Positions 52,397 through 64,000 of a stretch of DNA of 64,000 nucleotides are shown here, piece by piece (the stretch's first letter is position 1; the number at the start of each line of letters is the position of its first letter). The notes under the pieces are model-generated. The model did no database searches and was not told where the DNA came from. It was given only the letters and a program-made list of their open reading frames with translations. The position numbers and the translations under genes are program-made. This stretch comes from Phoronis australis (lineage: Eukaryota > Animalia > Phoronida). The stretch covers positions 124,001-188,000 of the forward strand of contig NMRA01000322.1 in the NCBI GenBank assembly GCA_002633005.1, read 5' to 3'.

Positions 52397-53545
52397 CTGA
52401 GAGATGGAAAGAAATTTTGTTTTAGGCAATTGCTAATAAGAGTAAGTATCAAGCATTACATACATATGTTTTTCTCCTACTCCAAACGCGCATGTTGAGA
52501 ATCTCAGAACGTTCAACTTTCAGCCAACGAATTACAAAACACAGAAAAGTTCCAAGTGTAAAACTATAGCTTAATCTGATCATCTTAATTCGTAACTGAT
52601 TGGCCATAAAATGATATGCTTTGGGCCGGAAACAAAAACTCGCCAACCCAATAAGAGCACACACTGGTCACCACAATTGGATACCACATTGATGATTCTC
52701 AGTAACGTGAACCCTCCCTAAGTATACTGTGCCGGTGTTAGAGGTTCAGCACTGGCGCAAACACTATTCTGCAAGCAGCATATTGTTCTTCGTATTGTGT
52801 TGCTTTTAGTTAGGATGTTAAGAAATTGTTAGACTCCACATTATGGACTATGTCCAGAATATTAACAACAAACAGTTCATGTTTAATGTATTCTCTTTGT
52901 CAACTTCTTTAAAATACCAAAGCAAACACTTCATGTAGATACAAGTAAATGGTGCTGGAGTCATATTGGCATAATCTTTTATTTTCGGAATCTGGTTTTG
53001 CTGGTTAAACGATGACAAGGTGACTGGAGAAAGTAATGCCGAGCGATTGTAATGAAATAATTTAAAGGCTAGCATTTTCTTTGAACCCAAGGATAACTAA
53101 TAGTATACGTGAAAACGTGACCGACCTTGCAAAACGTCGGATTTACACCGACAATATCGACATCTTACAATGCGCTCCAAAACTGAGCATGGGAGATTCT
53201 CGGGAAGAAAAATGAGTTTGTTGGAATCTTGAGTGTGTTGGGTGTAGCGTAATTGACACACTTTGACCAGACGTTCAATATCTCTCAATGCTTGCTCTCC
53301 CCCGTCGACTATCATGAGAAATGCACGTAATTGGTTTGTTTGCAGTAACAAAATTAAATATTCAATACAGTGGACGAAACCGTGGAGTCGTGTATATGGT
53401 CACAAACTAACAGTAGTTTTAATTTATATGAAGCCAACTGCATGCCGTGTGCAACAACGACGTCAAAGAATTAAACCACATTTGTAATACCGTGGTTGAT
53501 CAATGTCGTCCAGACTGGACTACAGACAAGAATAAAAGAACTCAC

Positions 53546-53679
53546 GTGAAGGTCTGGTTGGAAGAGACGTTAGCTACGAGAGCTCCGCAACAACTTCCCC
53601 ATGTACTTGAATTGGTATTACAGTACCCATTGGTTGCGTCAGCCACAGCCGATTTGAATGAAGCTTCAACACTTTGGAA
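53546..53679 (-). CDS. Gene 1 exon: FQSVEASFKSAVADATNGYCNTNSSTWGSCCGALVANVSSNQTF
   Basis: ttttcag|TTC...TTC AC|gtgagt; phase 0-2. Confidence 0.88.
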
Positions 53680-54028
53680 CTGAAAACAAAAAATTAAGTT
53701 TCCTGCAATCTTTATTTTCGACCACAATGTAAACTATGAATCAAGACTTTCAGAAAGACTGTTTTCTGTTTCTGTTTGCTCTGTCACAGCTAGTGAGAAC
53801 TCGGAAGAGTTTCATTATTGTGGAGTCAGGGTTACCATACTTTACCAGTGTATCAGTTACAATTCTGACAATAGTACTACGAGGCTGCTAGTACAACAAA
53901 CTTTAATTAACATGGTACAAATTAGTATAATACCCAGTACGGAAACGAGTGAAACGTTGCGATAGTTCATTGAACTTCAAAAGAAGTATAGCAACGAAGT
54001 TCATGTTGCATACGAAAAGTATACTTAC

Positions 54029-54093
54029 AATGGCTACAGTCATGCCACCTCCTATCCTTACTGACACTCCGTTCTTCTCAACGACTTCGGACA
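54029..54093 (-). CDS. Gene 1 exon: LSEVVEKNGVSVRIGGGMTVAI
   Basis: ctctctag|TG...ATT|gtaagt; phase 1-0, bridging TSP1 and the next exon. An alternative in-frame donor lies at 54062. Confidence 0.75.
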
Positions 54094-54371
54094 CTAGAGA
54101 GGGAAAACACTTGGGTAAGGGCACGCAGTTCATGTATTGTGAATTCAGTCTTGTAATTAAGGGGTTTTTGGAAAAAGCATACATAGACTTTACTGAGATT
54201 CTCACTATTATGTCATTAAAACATAACAACTGAAATTGTTGCTTCACGAAGAGACTGAAGTGTAATTCTACTCTGTCATGGTTTTAAAATAATAACAAAA
54301 CGCTGAACGGTTACACACTACGTCTTCTCGCAATCAAGACATTTGAATGTTCAACAGTTGAGATTGCTTAC

Positions 54372-54545
54372 AGGGACAGAGATCTGTGTTGCAATCCACA
54401 GTCTCCTGTTTATCTCCAGGGCACTGTGCTCCAGCGCCAGCTGGCGTAGGATTGTCACAGCTGCGAGTCCTCGTGCGAGTACCACCTCCGCATGTCTTTG
54501 AGCACGTGCTCCAGTTGCCCCATGCACCCCAGTTACCATTACGAT
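54372..54545 (-). CDS. Gene 1 exon: thrombospondin type 1 repeat
   Basis: DRNGNWGAWGNWSTCSKTCGGGTRTRTRSCDNPTPAGAGAQCPGDKQETVDCNTDLCP; tccag|...|gtaagc. Confidence 0.93.
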
Positions 54546-55112
54546 CTGGAACATAAGTTGAATCATCAACGCAGTGTCTGAAGCATTTTATTTAACGAAG
54601 AAATTTTCCATGGGTGGTTACGATTCTTGAAGTGGGCCTACTTTCCTGTACTAACGTATACTGCTTACGCAATAAATTGTTTCTCCCCTCACCCCTTCTA
54701 ACAGCTTCCGCTGAATTCACAACATAAAAAAGTCGCGATATGGTGCTTCCTATTTGCCTGGACGCTACGTATTGCCGTTCATTCACAAGCACATTAAAGA
54801 AAAAAGAAACATTAACTTTAACCTAGGATCTTCCGTTGATAGCATCACGTTTTCGACAGTCAGTAAACAAGAACGACGTGGCAAGTTTGTTAGGCGTAAG
54901 GTGTACAAGATGCGGGAGAGTCTTTGGGGAATCTTAATCAACTCTGTACCAAACTCCTGTTTCATACAGACATCTTTATATCAAAAGTTCATTGGTACGG
55001 AAAAGTAGCTAATTCGTATCTTATAATTCAACAACGTGCGTCCCTCTGGACAGTTTCATCAAGCGTATAAGATAACAATAAACAATACTGCTGTACACCA
55101 GTTTTGACTTAC

Positions 55113-55238
55113 CATTACACACGTTGCCAGGTCCTAGAATGTAGCTCTCGTTACAGGCGCACTTATATGAACCGACGGTGTTTGTACATATGCCTCTATT
55201 CTTGTCGCACGGGGGGCTAACTGTGCACTCGTCCACAT
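55113..55238 (-). CDS. Gene 1 exon: 1 calcium-binding EGF
   Basis: DVDECTVSPPCDKNRGICTNTVGSYKCACNESYILGPGNVCN; phase 1-1. Confidence 0.93.
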
Positions 55239-55698
55239 CTGCGTAATGAAAAGTAATCCCCTATTAACACACCACATTTTTCTAATTACGTCTCAAATTG
55301 TCCAGTTTGATTTTGGAGCATAAAATGAGTATCATGAATTGTAAGATCTCACAGTTTCACTCGTAAAACTATTTTAAAAGCTTTGTCGTGTATGAATTTT
55401 AGCTGAAAGAACGTATAGCTCTCAGTTGCCCCTGTTGTGACAAACATTGATATCCGGAAGTACATGTCATGTCAGTCACCGATTCTTCCCAAGCTCTGAA
55501 GCCACTGTCGAGAAAGTAACAGGTTGACACCGTGCATTAGATAATGATATCTGAGTCACGAGACCTAATAAGCAAGTATTCATAATATAAGCTATAACAG
55601 TGGAATGTGTAATGAATCACGGGATATTTTGCTTAAATGCAGGCTCATAGCAGCCTTAATCTAAAACATGGCCGTAGGGAAAATTGACCACAACCCAC

Positions 55699-55944
55699 CA
55701 TCACATTTGAATCCGTCCGCGTTGAGCTTCTTTCCTGTTGGGCACACACACAGATCGGAGCCATTGTTCTTGGCACAGTCGAAGTCGCACTTGGCCTTAT
55801 AGGTGTCCTCGCAATTGAATTCGACGACGCATGACTTCTGGTCTAGATCGAGACGGTAGTTCGCGAAGCACGAGCAACGGAATGAACCATCGAGATTGTT
55901 GCACGTGTGCTTGCAGCCATGGCTTCCAGAGCATTCGTCGATAT
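55699..55944 (-). CDS. Gene 1 exon: cbEGF plus atypical EGF
   Basis: [82 protein letters not shown]; atcag|...|gtgggt. Confidence 0.92.
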
Positions 55945-57466
55945 CTGATGGTAAATAAATCTTAAAGTAAATTACAAAATAACGGGTCGTGTTGGAATGA
56001 AATTGCTTTTGATGAAAATGGGCGATAAACTAATATACGGCAAGATACCTACAATCGTAGTATTAATGAAGCAAACTTTTAATTAGCAAACAACATCATC
56101 GTCATAATTGATTCAAAGACTGTTTTATTATCATTTAACGTAGTAGAAGTAGTACTAGTAATATTGGTAGTTTTTATAGACTATCAAAGCATAACGCACG
56201 CCAGGTTTATACAATGTAATGCTTAGCGTAGAAAAACGAGCTTTGTATAGCTTATTTACCACGCTCGATTTAAGCCCGTTGAGTGAGTCGCAGGGTTGCC
56301 AAGGTTGATGAACGTGCAGAAAACGCGTCATAGCTTTCACCCTTGGACTTTTGGCAAGCAATTACCTGGTTAACGATTGACGTGAGCTATAAACTCCGGG
56401 CACCATCCCAAAGTCGTAGATTAGTAAAGAACTAACTTTATTTAAACGTGATAAAGGACTTCACGTCAGCAATTCCCGTGTCTAGTAAAACAAGGTCATT
56501 GCTAGTTGCATCCTTAACTCCAACTATTCTCAAGGATTTGGAACGTTGTTGGAGCTAATCTGTTACTGGCTGAAAAGCGTGTCTTGCTATTTGCATACTT
56601 TGGGGATCATTGTTATGAAATTACCCACATATTAATTTTGGCTCAATACTTCATACATACTTGTTCCAAGTCTTCATGTATTCCTGTACCAATTTTATTT
56701 AATATTGTCAGGACATGGAAAATTACGAAATCTACAGTATCACCCCTTGACTTGCTGGGATTTTTTGAAACACTTATACATTCAGTATAAATTGAAGCAA
56801 AGCTTGTATGTGTGAATGTGAGCGTGAATGTGTTTTTGTAAGTTTTTTTTGGCCACTGTATTCCATTTCTAATTTCTGTTTCTGCGAATAAAAAGTCAGG
56901 ATTGCAAACGAAATAATCTTTTGATACTTGTGTTGTACAATGTGTCCACTCCTGGAAATGAGTTCCAAAGCCACGTTTCGCAACCAAATAGCACTGCTAC
57001 ATGTATGCACGTCCAATTTCTACCAGAGAATATCAAATAAGTACAACGTTTACACTTAAACGTACATCTCCTAGTTTCTCCCTCATTCAAACGTCTAAGC
57101 CAGATTGCTTAGCTTGCCAAAATAGGACTCACATATTTGCAAACCAAGATATAAAAGATTTTTATCCCAAAACGGACAATTCTGGCAAAGGCAATCAGAA
57201 AAGTGTGAAAGAAAATAATGACGCTGCTCTGCATCAATTGCAACATCTTGAATATTCTGTGAACACGGGCAACCAATTGCTGCCGAGGAAAGACAGTTAG
57301 TTGTCTTAAAGATTAGGATAGGACGAATTGGTTGCGGTTTTATACCTAGGAAGGTCTATCCCACGGCTACAGACGATAGTGGAATGATGCCAAAGACAAG
57401 GTCTCAATTTGACTCGTCTTGTACGATATGTTACCAGAGTTGTGTGATTCCGCGCACAGCGCTTAC

Positions 57467-57730
57467 CATTACAAGTGTAGCCGTTGGAAGCCAAGGTATA
57501 TCCTGAGGTGCAGTTGCAAGTGTAACTGCCCACGTTGTTGGTACAGGTGCTGCGACCGGTTCTCTTGTCGCAAAGGCTGGTGCCATCAGCGCATTCGTTG
57601 ACATCGGCGCAGTTAATGCCGTCACCTTTGTAGCCGGATTTACAGGCACAGGAGTAGCCTGGGGCCTTGTTTGTGCACACGCCAAGGGTCTTGTGGCAAC
57701 CGTCTGTTTTCAGTGCGCACTCGTCATCGT
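57467..57730 (-). CDS. Gene 1 exon: 2 cbEGF
   Basis: DDDECALKTDGCHKTLGVCTNKAPGYSC...DVNECADGTSLC...GYTCN; tgcag|...|gtaagc. Confidence 0.93.
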
Positions 57731-58194
57731 CTGCAATAACGTTGTTAAGGTATCATTGATCAACACAGCAAAGGTGACTTGGCCATCTGAATAAGCAGTT
57801 CACTTTTTCTTAATACGGTTTGTTGATTTTGGTATTTTGTGATGCAGTCTAGAATCTTGACACGTTTGCGTGAACTGGACACGACGACATATTTTTTTCC
57901 GAACTCTAATGTCTGTTTTAGAAATAACTACGTGATATAAACCCTATTGTTGAAGACAACAACTTATTGGTACAAAATTGGTATCCAATAGACAATGATC
58001 CAATGTCGGCTGGTGACGTTTGAATTTGGAAAGTAGTTGGCTCTTCAGACAGGGCTCATCAGGATTACTTTACAATGTAAGTCACTTAATGCTTCGACTA
58101 TAGTCTCGGGTTATATAACCAACTGTCAGTTCTTTGAAAACCCAAAATGCCACTTCTGATCTGAATACCTGACTAAAGAGTTTTCTTAACTCAC

Positions 58195-58571
58195 CGACAC
58201 ATTCGCCTGCTCCATTCTTTTTGAAACCGCTCAAACATTCGCACGTGTATCCCGGATCCTGGTTGACACAGCGAGAGTGGCTGCCGCACGAGAAGGTTCC
58301 TAGAGCACACTCGTCTTTATCAATACACTTGAATGCTTCTACTTGCTGGTATTTGGTGGAGTCTGAGCACACGCACTTGTAGCCAGGGGCACTATTCTGG
58401 CACTTGACGTTGTTGGCGCTGTTGCAGAGATTGGTGCTGGAGCTAGCGCACTCGTCGATATCAGTACAGTTGGTGCCAGAGCCGTCCAGCTGCTGACCAG
58501 TTGGGCACTGACAAATGTCAGAGCCGTTGACACGAGCGCACGTGAAACTGCATGTGTTGTTAGATGCACAC
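58195..58571 (-). CDS. Gene 1 exon: atypical EGF plus 2 cbEGF
   Basis: CASNNTCSFTCARVNGSDICQCPTGQQLDGSGTNCTDIDEC...DKDECALGTFSC...GECV; phase 2-1. Confidence 0.92.
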
Positions 58572-58679
58572 CTTCAAAAGAAATCAGAAAAAAACATGAG
58601 GACATGCCATTTACGCACTATTACATCTTGCTGTAGTTTGGAAGTCGAGATCCATCAGAAATACCACTAACTCACAAAN

Positions 58680-59033
58680 AATACACTTGAATGCTTCTAC
58701 TTGCTGGTATTTGGTGGAGTCTGAGCACACGCACTTGTAGCCAGGGGCAGTATTCTGGCACTTGACGTTGTTGGCGCTGTTGCAGAGATTGGTGCTGGAG
58801 CTGGCGCACTCGTCGATATCAGTACAGTTGGTGCCAGAGCCGTCCAGCTGCTGTCCAGTTGGGCACTGGCAAATGTCAGAGCCGTTGACACGAGCGCACG
58901 TGAAACTGCATGTGTTGTTAGATGCACACCTTCAAAAGAAATCAGAAAAAATATGAGGACATACCATTTACGCACTATTACATCTTGCTGTAGTTTGGAA
59001 GTCGAGATCCATCAGAAATACCACTAACTCACA
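58680..59033. repeat. Duplicate of ~58322-58675 (part of the EGF exon plus intron) beside N at 58679
   Basis: Near-identical with a few SNPs and abutting a single N; probable haplotype-overlap artefact. Confidence 0.8.
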
Positions 59034-59424
59034 AAGTCGGGTACCAAGCCATAATCGTCAATGTCAGAAATGAGTAACCTCAAGCCAGTTGTAGACCCGT
59101 AGCCAGCATTGCGCAGGGTGTGGTTCGAATTTCAGGAACGATGGACCTTTGATATTTTGCAAAGGTCGGAGCTGTAGAGTTTTCAGTAAGGCCCTTGACG
59201 CAGCTTAATTGGAGAGAAGGGAAGTCTGTATACACAGCAATGACTCTAAGCTCTATGTTCCTGAGATGAGACGGAAATGAGTATGCCGTGTGACAGTATG
59301 TCTAGCACTATGGTGCGCCGGCCATGTTTAAGACTATTCAACTCTTACACATCCTTTAAATGTATACTGCATGATGGCCACAAATACAATACTTTATTCC
59401 TGTCACTTCCATTTCATTACCTAA

Positions 59425-59540
59425 CAGTCAGAGTAATGAATTGTCGCAGTTCTGGTTTCGGAATTGTGGATATTCGAAGTAGTGAACTCTCGGAATAGCG
59501 AACCTTAGGAGTAATGAACCTTCGGAATAGTGACGTGTAA
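59425..59540. repeat. Short degenerate ~16-bp tandem sub-repeats (ttcggaatagcgaacc-like)
   Basis: ttcggaattgtggata / ttcgaagtagtgaact / ctcggaatagcgaacc / ttaggagtaatgaacc / ttcggaatagtgacg. Confidence 0.65.
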
Positions 59541-60020
59541 CTTTGAAAACCTTTACCATCAAATTTGTTGCTCGCATGAAGCCTGCGAGGCTACGTACCA
59601 TTGACACTGATTGACAAGAGAATACTTTCTTCGTTTTTATTAGGTCTAGACCTACTTTTTCCTAATTCTGTCAACATGCTCGTCGGCGTTTTCTCAGTGC
59701 AAGAACACACGGTAGTTAAATGTCTGGTTTTCGGTTGAGCAACGACGATGCATGTCAATCTACCAATCCACAATGAAAGTGGATACAGGATGAACAACAA
59801 TCATTTGACGAAAATTGAAAATGCTTGCACCTGACCATACTATGCTAGCAACTTTACCAAAATAGAAGTTAACAAACATATTTTCTGCTCTTTTGTTTCT
59901 TGGTCGATTTTAAGACATTCACACCGCACTACTTTTTGGGAGCTCTTTCGCGGTTTTATAGGTTTGCTAGATATAGACATTTTCTTCTACACTCCCTTTT
60001 TACCCTATGGTGTATCGATG

Positions 60021-60294
60021 GTGCGTAAGATAATTCTTGGTAAAGGCGTGAAGTAAATACATTCGGCGTAGAGTAATTAATTGAAGAGTAAAGAAATTAT
60101 TTGCAGTGTAGAGGAATTATTTGCGACGCACAGTAATTATTTGTTGAATGTGTAAAGCAATTACTTGCGGCGTAACGTAACTTTGTGCGGCGTAAAGTAA
60201 TTATTTGCGGAGTGAAGTAACTTTTACCGCCGCAAAAATTACTTTACGCCGCAAATAATTACTTTACACCACTAACAAGAATTAAGTTACGCAC
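60021..60294. mobile_element. MITE-like element with TIRs and internal GCGGCGTAAAGTAATTATTT sub-repeats (second copy 60470-60743 across N at 60430)
   Basis: GTGCGTAAGATAATTCTTG at the left end and CAAGAATTAAGTTACGCAC at the right end; direct sub-repeats are followed by inverted ones. Confidence 0.7.
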
Positions 60295-60867
60295 GTAATG
60301 TAACGGCGTAACGTTCACCTATTTGGCCAACGATGTTATCGACGATAATGATGTAGCAACCACGCACGTTCAATGCCAATGAATGACGTAAAGCCTGCTC
60401 TTATCGTCTGCACGATCCTGTCACTTGCANTTCTTCTACACTTCCTTTTTACCCTATGGTGTATCGATGGTGCGTAAGATAATTCTTGGTAAAGGCGTGA
60501 AATAAATACATTCGGCGTAGAGTAATTAATTGAAGAGTAAAGAAATTATTTGCAGTGTAGAGGAATTATTTGCGGCGTACAGTAATTATTTGTTGAATGT
60601 GTAAAGCAATTACTTGCGGCGTAACGTAACTTTGTGCGGCGTAAAGTAATTATTTGCGGAGTGAAGTAACTTTTACCGCCGCAAAAATTACTTTACGCCG
60701 CAAATAATTACTTTACACCACTAACAAGAATTAAGTTACGCACGTAATGTAACGGCGTAACGTTCACCTATTTAGCCAACGATGTTATCGACGATAATGA
60801 TGCAGCAACCACGCACGTTCAATGCCAATGAATGACGTAAAGCCTGCTCTTATCGTCTGCACGATCC

Positions 60868-60896
60868 TGTTGTTGTTGTTGTTGTTGTTGTTGTTG
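60868..60896. repeat. (GTT)n microsatellite
   Basis: Direct inspection. Confidence 0.9.
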
Positions 60897-61493
60897 GATA
60901 ATTTTAAGACCACTCTATTGGGGCTTCGCTTCACAAACTGGCATTGACGCATTGTGGTTTTTTAACGGTCTAACGGGCGAATATATGCAAGAATGGAGTT
61001 CCAGTCACGTCTTATGTCTTAAATTGCCCTTTGCATTCAGATTAGAACACCATAACAATGCAGAGTTGCCAACCAAAGTTGATGTCAGTGACCTTAACAA
61101 TGGCGTTAGCGCCTGTTCAGGTATATCTGCGAGAAGATTTATTAATCCCAACAGCGGATCTAGGTGTTTTGGTCATTTAGGTCAATCACTGGTCGGTACG
61201 TAACACACTGGTTTATTGTGTAATCAGATGAAATCTCACACACGAAATGCCTCCCCCTTCCAAAAAAAATCAATCGAAAAAGACCGGGACTCGTAGGTCC
61301 CCATAAATGACCCGTGGATTTGAAGCCACGAGGGTAAATTGACACATAGCCATATTTTCCTAAGATAATCCTAGCAATTGGGAACAAAAACTTTTATAGC
61401 ATTTGATTTCTGATTATGATATTGCAACACATTTTAACGAAATAACTTGAGAATATTCATTCAACGGCACCAGACCCCACTCAGATAACTTAC

Positions 61494-61647
61494 TTGAGAA
61501 TAGATTCGCATGTAATTCCGTTAGACTTCAGCTTGAAACCCGACGGACATGAGCACGTGTATCCGCCAGTGGTGTCGGTACAGTATTTGCTGCCGCTGTT
61601 GTCTTTATAGCAATCGTTAGAGACAGCATTAGCGCATTCGTCGACAT
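61494..61647 (-). CDS. Gene 1 exon: 1 cbEGF
   Basis: DVDECANAVSNDCYKDNSGSKYCTDTTGGYTCSCPSGFKLKSNGITCESIL; phase 1-2, matching the next exon. Confidence 0.92.
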
Positions 61648-62129
61648 CTGAAAATGTAAGGTATGCATATTACCTTTTGAAAATCGTCTACTTTCTGCAA
61701 GACGCTTAATTATTAGGTCCAAATTCAAAGCGATTTTCTTTAAACGAGACACCTAAATGATCCTAATTGGCTGAATATTGCTTCAATAGACATACGTGCA
61801 CGTGTTGCTGTAGAGGTTATTGTTTGAGTAAACGTAAAGTTCAGAATTGTGTGACCAAACACCGAGGTGCATATTTTGTATTTTACAAAAAAAGATGTAT
61901 TAAGGTCACACTTTTCAGTTATACATTAATAATGAGATCGCGTTTTACGTTTGAGATATTGTTGGTAAAAATCCCATGATGTTTAGATCACCAGCAACAT
62001 TCACACATTGGACAGGTTCCAGTGCAGTCTTCCTGTTTGTCCTTGTGGACCGCCTGTGAGCTCTCTGAGGAATCCCTACGGGCACCCTGTGCTAATGTAA
62101 TGCAGCTGATCAATGTAGGTTTCACTTAC

Positions 62130-62384
62130 TGTCACATGACTTTCCGTCGCTGTTCAGTGTGTAGCCGTTGCCGCAGTAACAGTCAAAACCACCGATCTTA
62201 TTACTGCAGCCTTGCGTACATCCGCCCCGATTGGCCTCTGCGCACTCGTTGAGATCGATACATGTGAAGCCATCACCGGTGTAGCCGGCTTTACACGAAC
62301 ACGTATAGCTGCCCCCGGTGTTAGTGCAGGCGCCGTTTGTGGAGTCACAGTCGTTCAGAACATCAGATGAGCACTCATCGACGT
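62130..62384 (-). CDS. Gene 1 exon: 2 cbEGF
   Basis: [13 protein letters not shown]...[13 protein letters not shown]...GKSCD; ORF 62122..62424; phase 1-1. Confidence 0.93.
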
Positions 62385-62708
62385 CTGTATGAAAGTAAAG
62401 CATACTAAAAATTAGTCGTTTCATTAAAAGTAATGGATTACCCTAGTGAAATTAAATTAAAAATAAAAAGTATAAGCACTAAGAAAATGCAAATCATTGG
62501 CGGAATCGAAGTCTACCTTTTAACAATAGTAATTTTCACATAAGCGTAACCCCTCAAAAATTTGTGTAACACCATGCAGATGCACCAAAGTAATGCGTAA
62601 CTGAAACTGAATCTCGTGTTACGTGGTTGTGGTAAATATTCTATAAAAACTTAAAATGATCGACTAAATGTTCATAACGGTTTCTGTTTACCATTTCAAG
62701 CAGCTTAC

Positions 62709-62831
62709 CATCACAGGTGTTTCCGTCGGCGTTTAGTGTGTAACCCTTGTTGCAAGTACACACAAATGAACCGGCAGTATTGGTGCAACCTTGCTTACAG
62801 TTGTCCGTCTTGGCAGCACATTCGTCAATAT
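62709..62831 (-). CDS. Gene 1 exon: 1 cbEGF
   Basis: DIDECAAKTDNCKQGCTNTAGSFVCTCNKGYTLNADGNTCD; ttcag|...|gtaagc. Confidence 0.93.
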
Positions 62832-64000
62832 CTGAAGTAAATAAGTGATGCTGTTAACTGTACTACGCGCCTCATTTTTGACATGGAAGACGGAAGAAGA
62901 TTCCGACGCACACGGCATTTGATTGCCGGGAATAAATATTACGTACTAACAACCCCCAAAAATATTAATGGTGTCCGTTTCATGAAACGTGAATTTTAAG
63001 TTTTTGAAATTAGGGCTTAGATAAGAGTGAAAACGAAACTTCATAAAAGGCCATTTCGTGAAGACGTAGTCGGACTTTGTCGTGGGCCTTATTTTAGACC
63101 GACGTTTAAAAGGATTTTATTTCCAACTTCGGAAGATATTTTGAGTAGGGATCATGAGACTTCCTGCAGCTATTAGTTTTGGTCAATGCTACATGTATGA
63201 AGCTGCATGCTATGTTGTACGTTTTGAGGTTTTATAATAAACGGCAGATTCCTAACACAAGCTGCCAGTCTAAGTTAATTGAAGCTGAAGCAGTGACCTC
63301 ATCAGCGATTTCGTTGGTTGGCGCCATAAAAATGGCAAAAGCGGGCGGTGTGTAGTGCAAACCAAAGCCGACGTGAAAAAGTCACGGGCTCGTGTACTGA
63401 GTGTAGGTGAGAAAAAAAAAACAGGTGAAGAGTTGCAGCACTTTGGGGGAGTAGCCTCTCAAAATTCACCATTTTAGCTGCCGCGCAAATATTTCCGGAA
63501 ATGCCGAGCTTCGGTAAACAGCAGGGTACGTATGCATTCATCTCTTGTTTTCCAGAAATAACTGAACATTCCTTTTACTTTTGTTTGATTTGAATTGTAA
63601 ACCCAAAATTATTTTTGAAAAACTTATTTCAACTCTTGATGGGAAGGTCGAGGGTCATTAGCACACTTTTATTAAAATAAAATAAAATAACGCATAAGAA
63701 AATCGAATTAGTTTCATGAAAAAGCTTCCACCAGCTGTCGAAGTGTTGTTTGAGATAAATCCATACAATTCTGTTCATCTTTGCGCATGCTTCATTGTTG
63801 CTGATTAGTGTTCGGCAAAGTTTTTCGTACTATTGCTAAGCGTTCACCTCCTGCTGTGGATTATTCCTAAATTATAAGAGATGCGATGTGTTAATCTAGT
63901 TTTAAGAATAGGCCTGGTTTATAAACTCTTATAGGCATTTAATAGCTACAATAAAGAGACACAAGTACGAGTGAAATCTTGTTTACTTGAGAAGATACTG

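Larger units (their letters stand above)
49992..62831 (-). other. Gene 1 span (5'-truncated): type I membrane EGF-repeat/TSP1 mucin-like protein
   Basis: Twelve phase-compatible exons plus a terminal exon join into EGFx12-TSP1-SEA-like(RRKR)-Thr stalk-TM-tail. Confidence 0.85.

Noticed and set aside
58680-58929. Second copy of the EGF exon as a mutually exclusive exon
   Set aside because: It is truncated exactly at an N, has no donor and is nearly identical including the intron, so it is most likely an assembly overlap.
61300-61350. T-arm-like hairpin CGTGG-CTTCAAAT-CCACG (minus strand) as a tRNA
   Set aside because: No acceptor stem, D arm or anticodon arm is recognisable; at most a decayed SINE fragment.
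309-62831. A single gene joining the EGF exons to the Ser-rich exons
   Set aside because: Gene 1 ends with TM, tail and stop, and gene 2 has its own ATG and signal peptide, so two genes is more parsimonious. Read-through splicing cannot be excluded without RNA.

Overview
AT-rich, intron-containing animal (invertebrate-like) genomic DNA from a draft assembly, with single-N joins and one N-gap. The ORF track is mostly uninformative because the genes are spliced. I reconstructed two minus-strand genes from GT-AG sites and exon phase. (1) About 62831->49992: the 3' part of a type I membrane protein with 12 EGF/cbEGF repeats, one TSP1 repeat, a juxtamembrane SEA-like region with an RRKR furin site, a Thr-rich stalk, a TM helix and a short tail. 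(2) 40059->309 and continuing past the window start: a signal-peptide gene whose Ser/Ala-rich mucin-like region is split into about 25 intact short symmetric phase-1 exons (mostly 27-129 nt, all multiples of 3). These were multiplied by tandem duplication of exon+intron modules (about 1.82, 2.5, 1.87 and 5.2 kb), and several dead or non-canonical copies are interspersed. The window also holds two Penelope-like (GIY-YIG) remnants, one with a minimal hammerhead motif, a LINE RT fragment, several MITEs, microsatellites and probable haplotype-overlap duplications at N joins. The exon models come from sequence only and need RNA confirmation.
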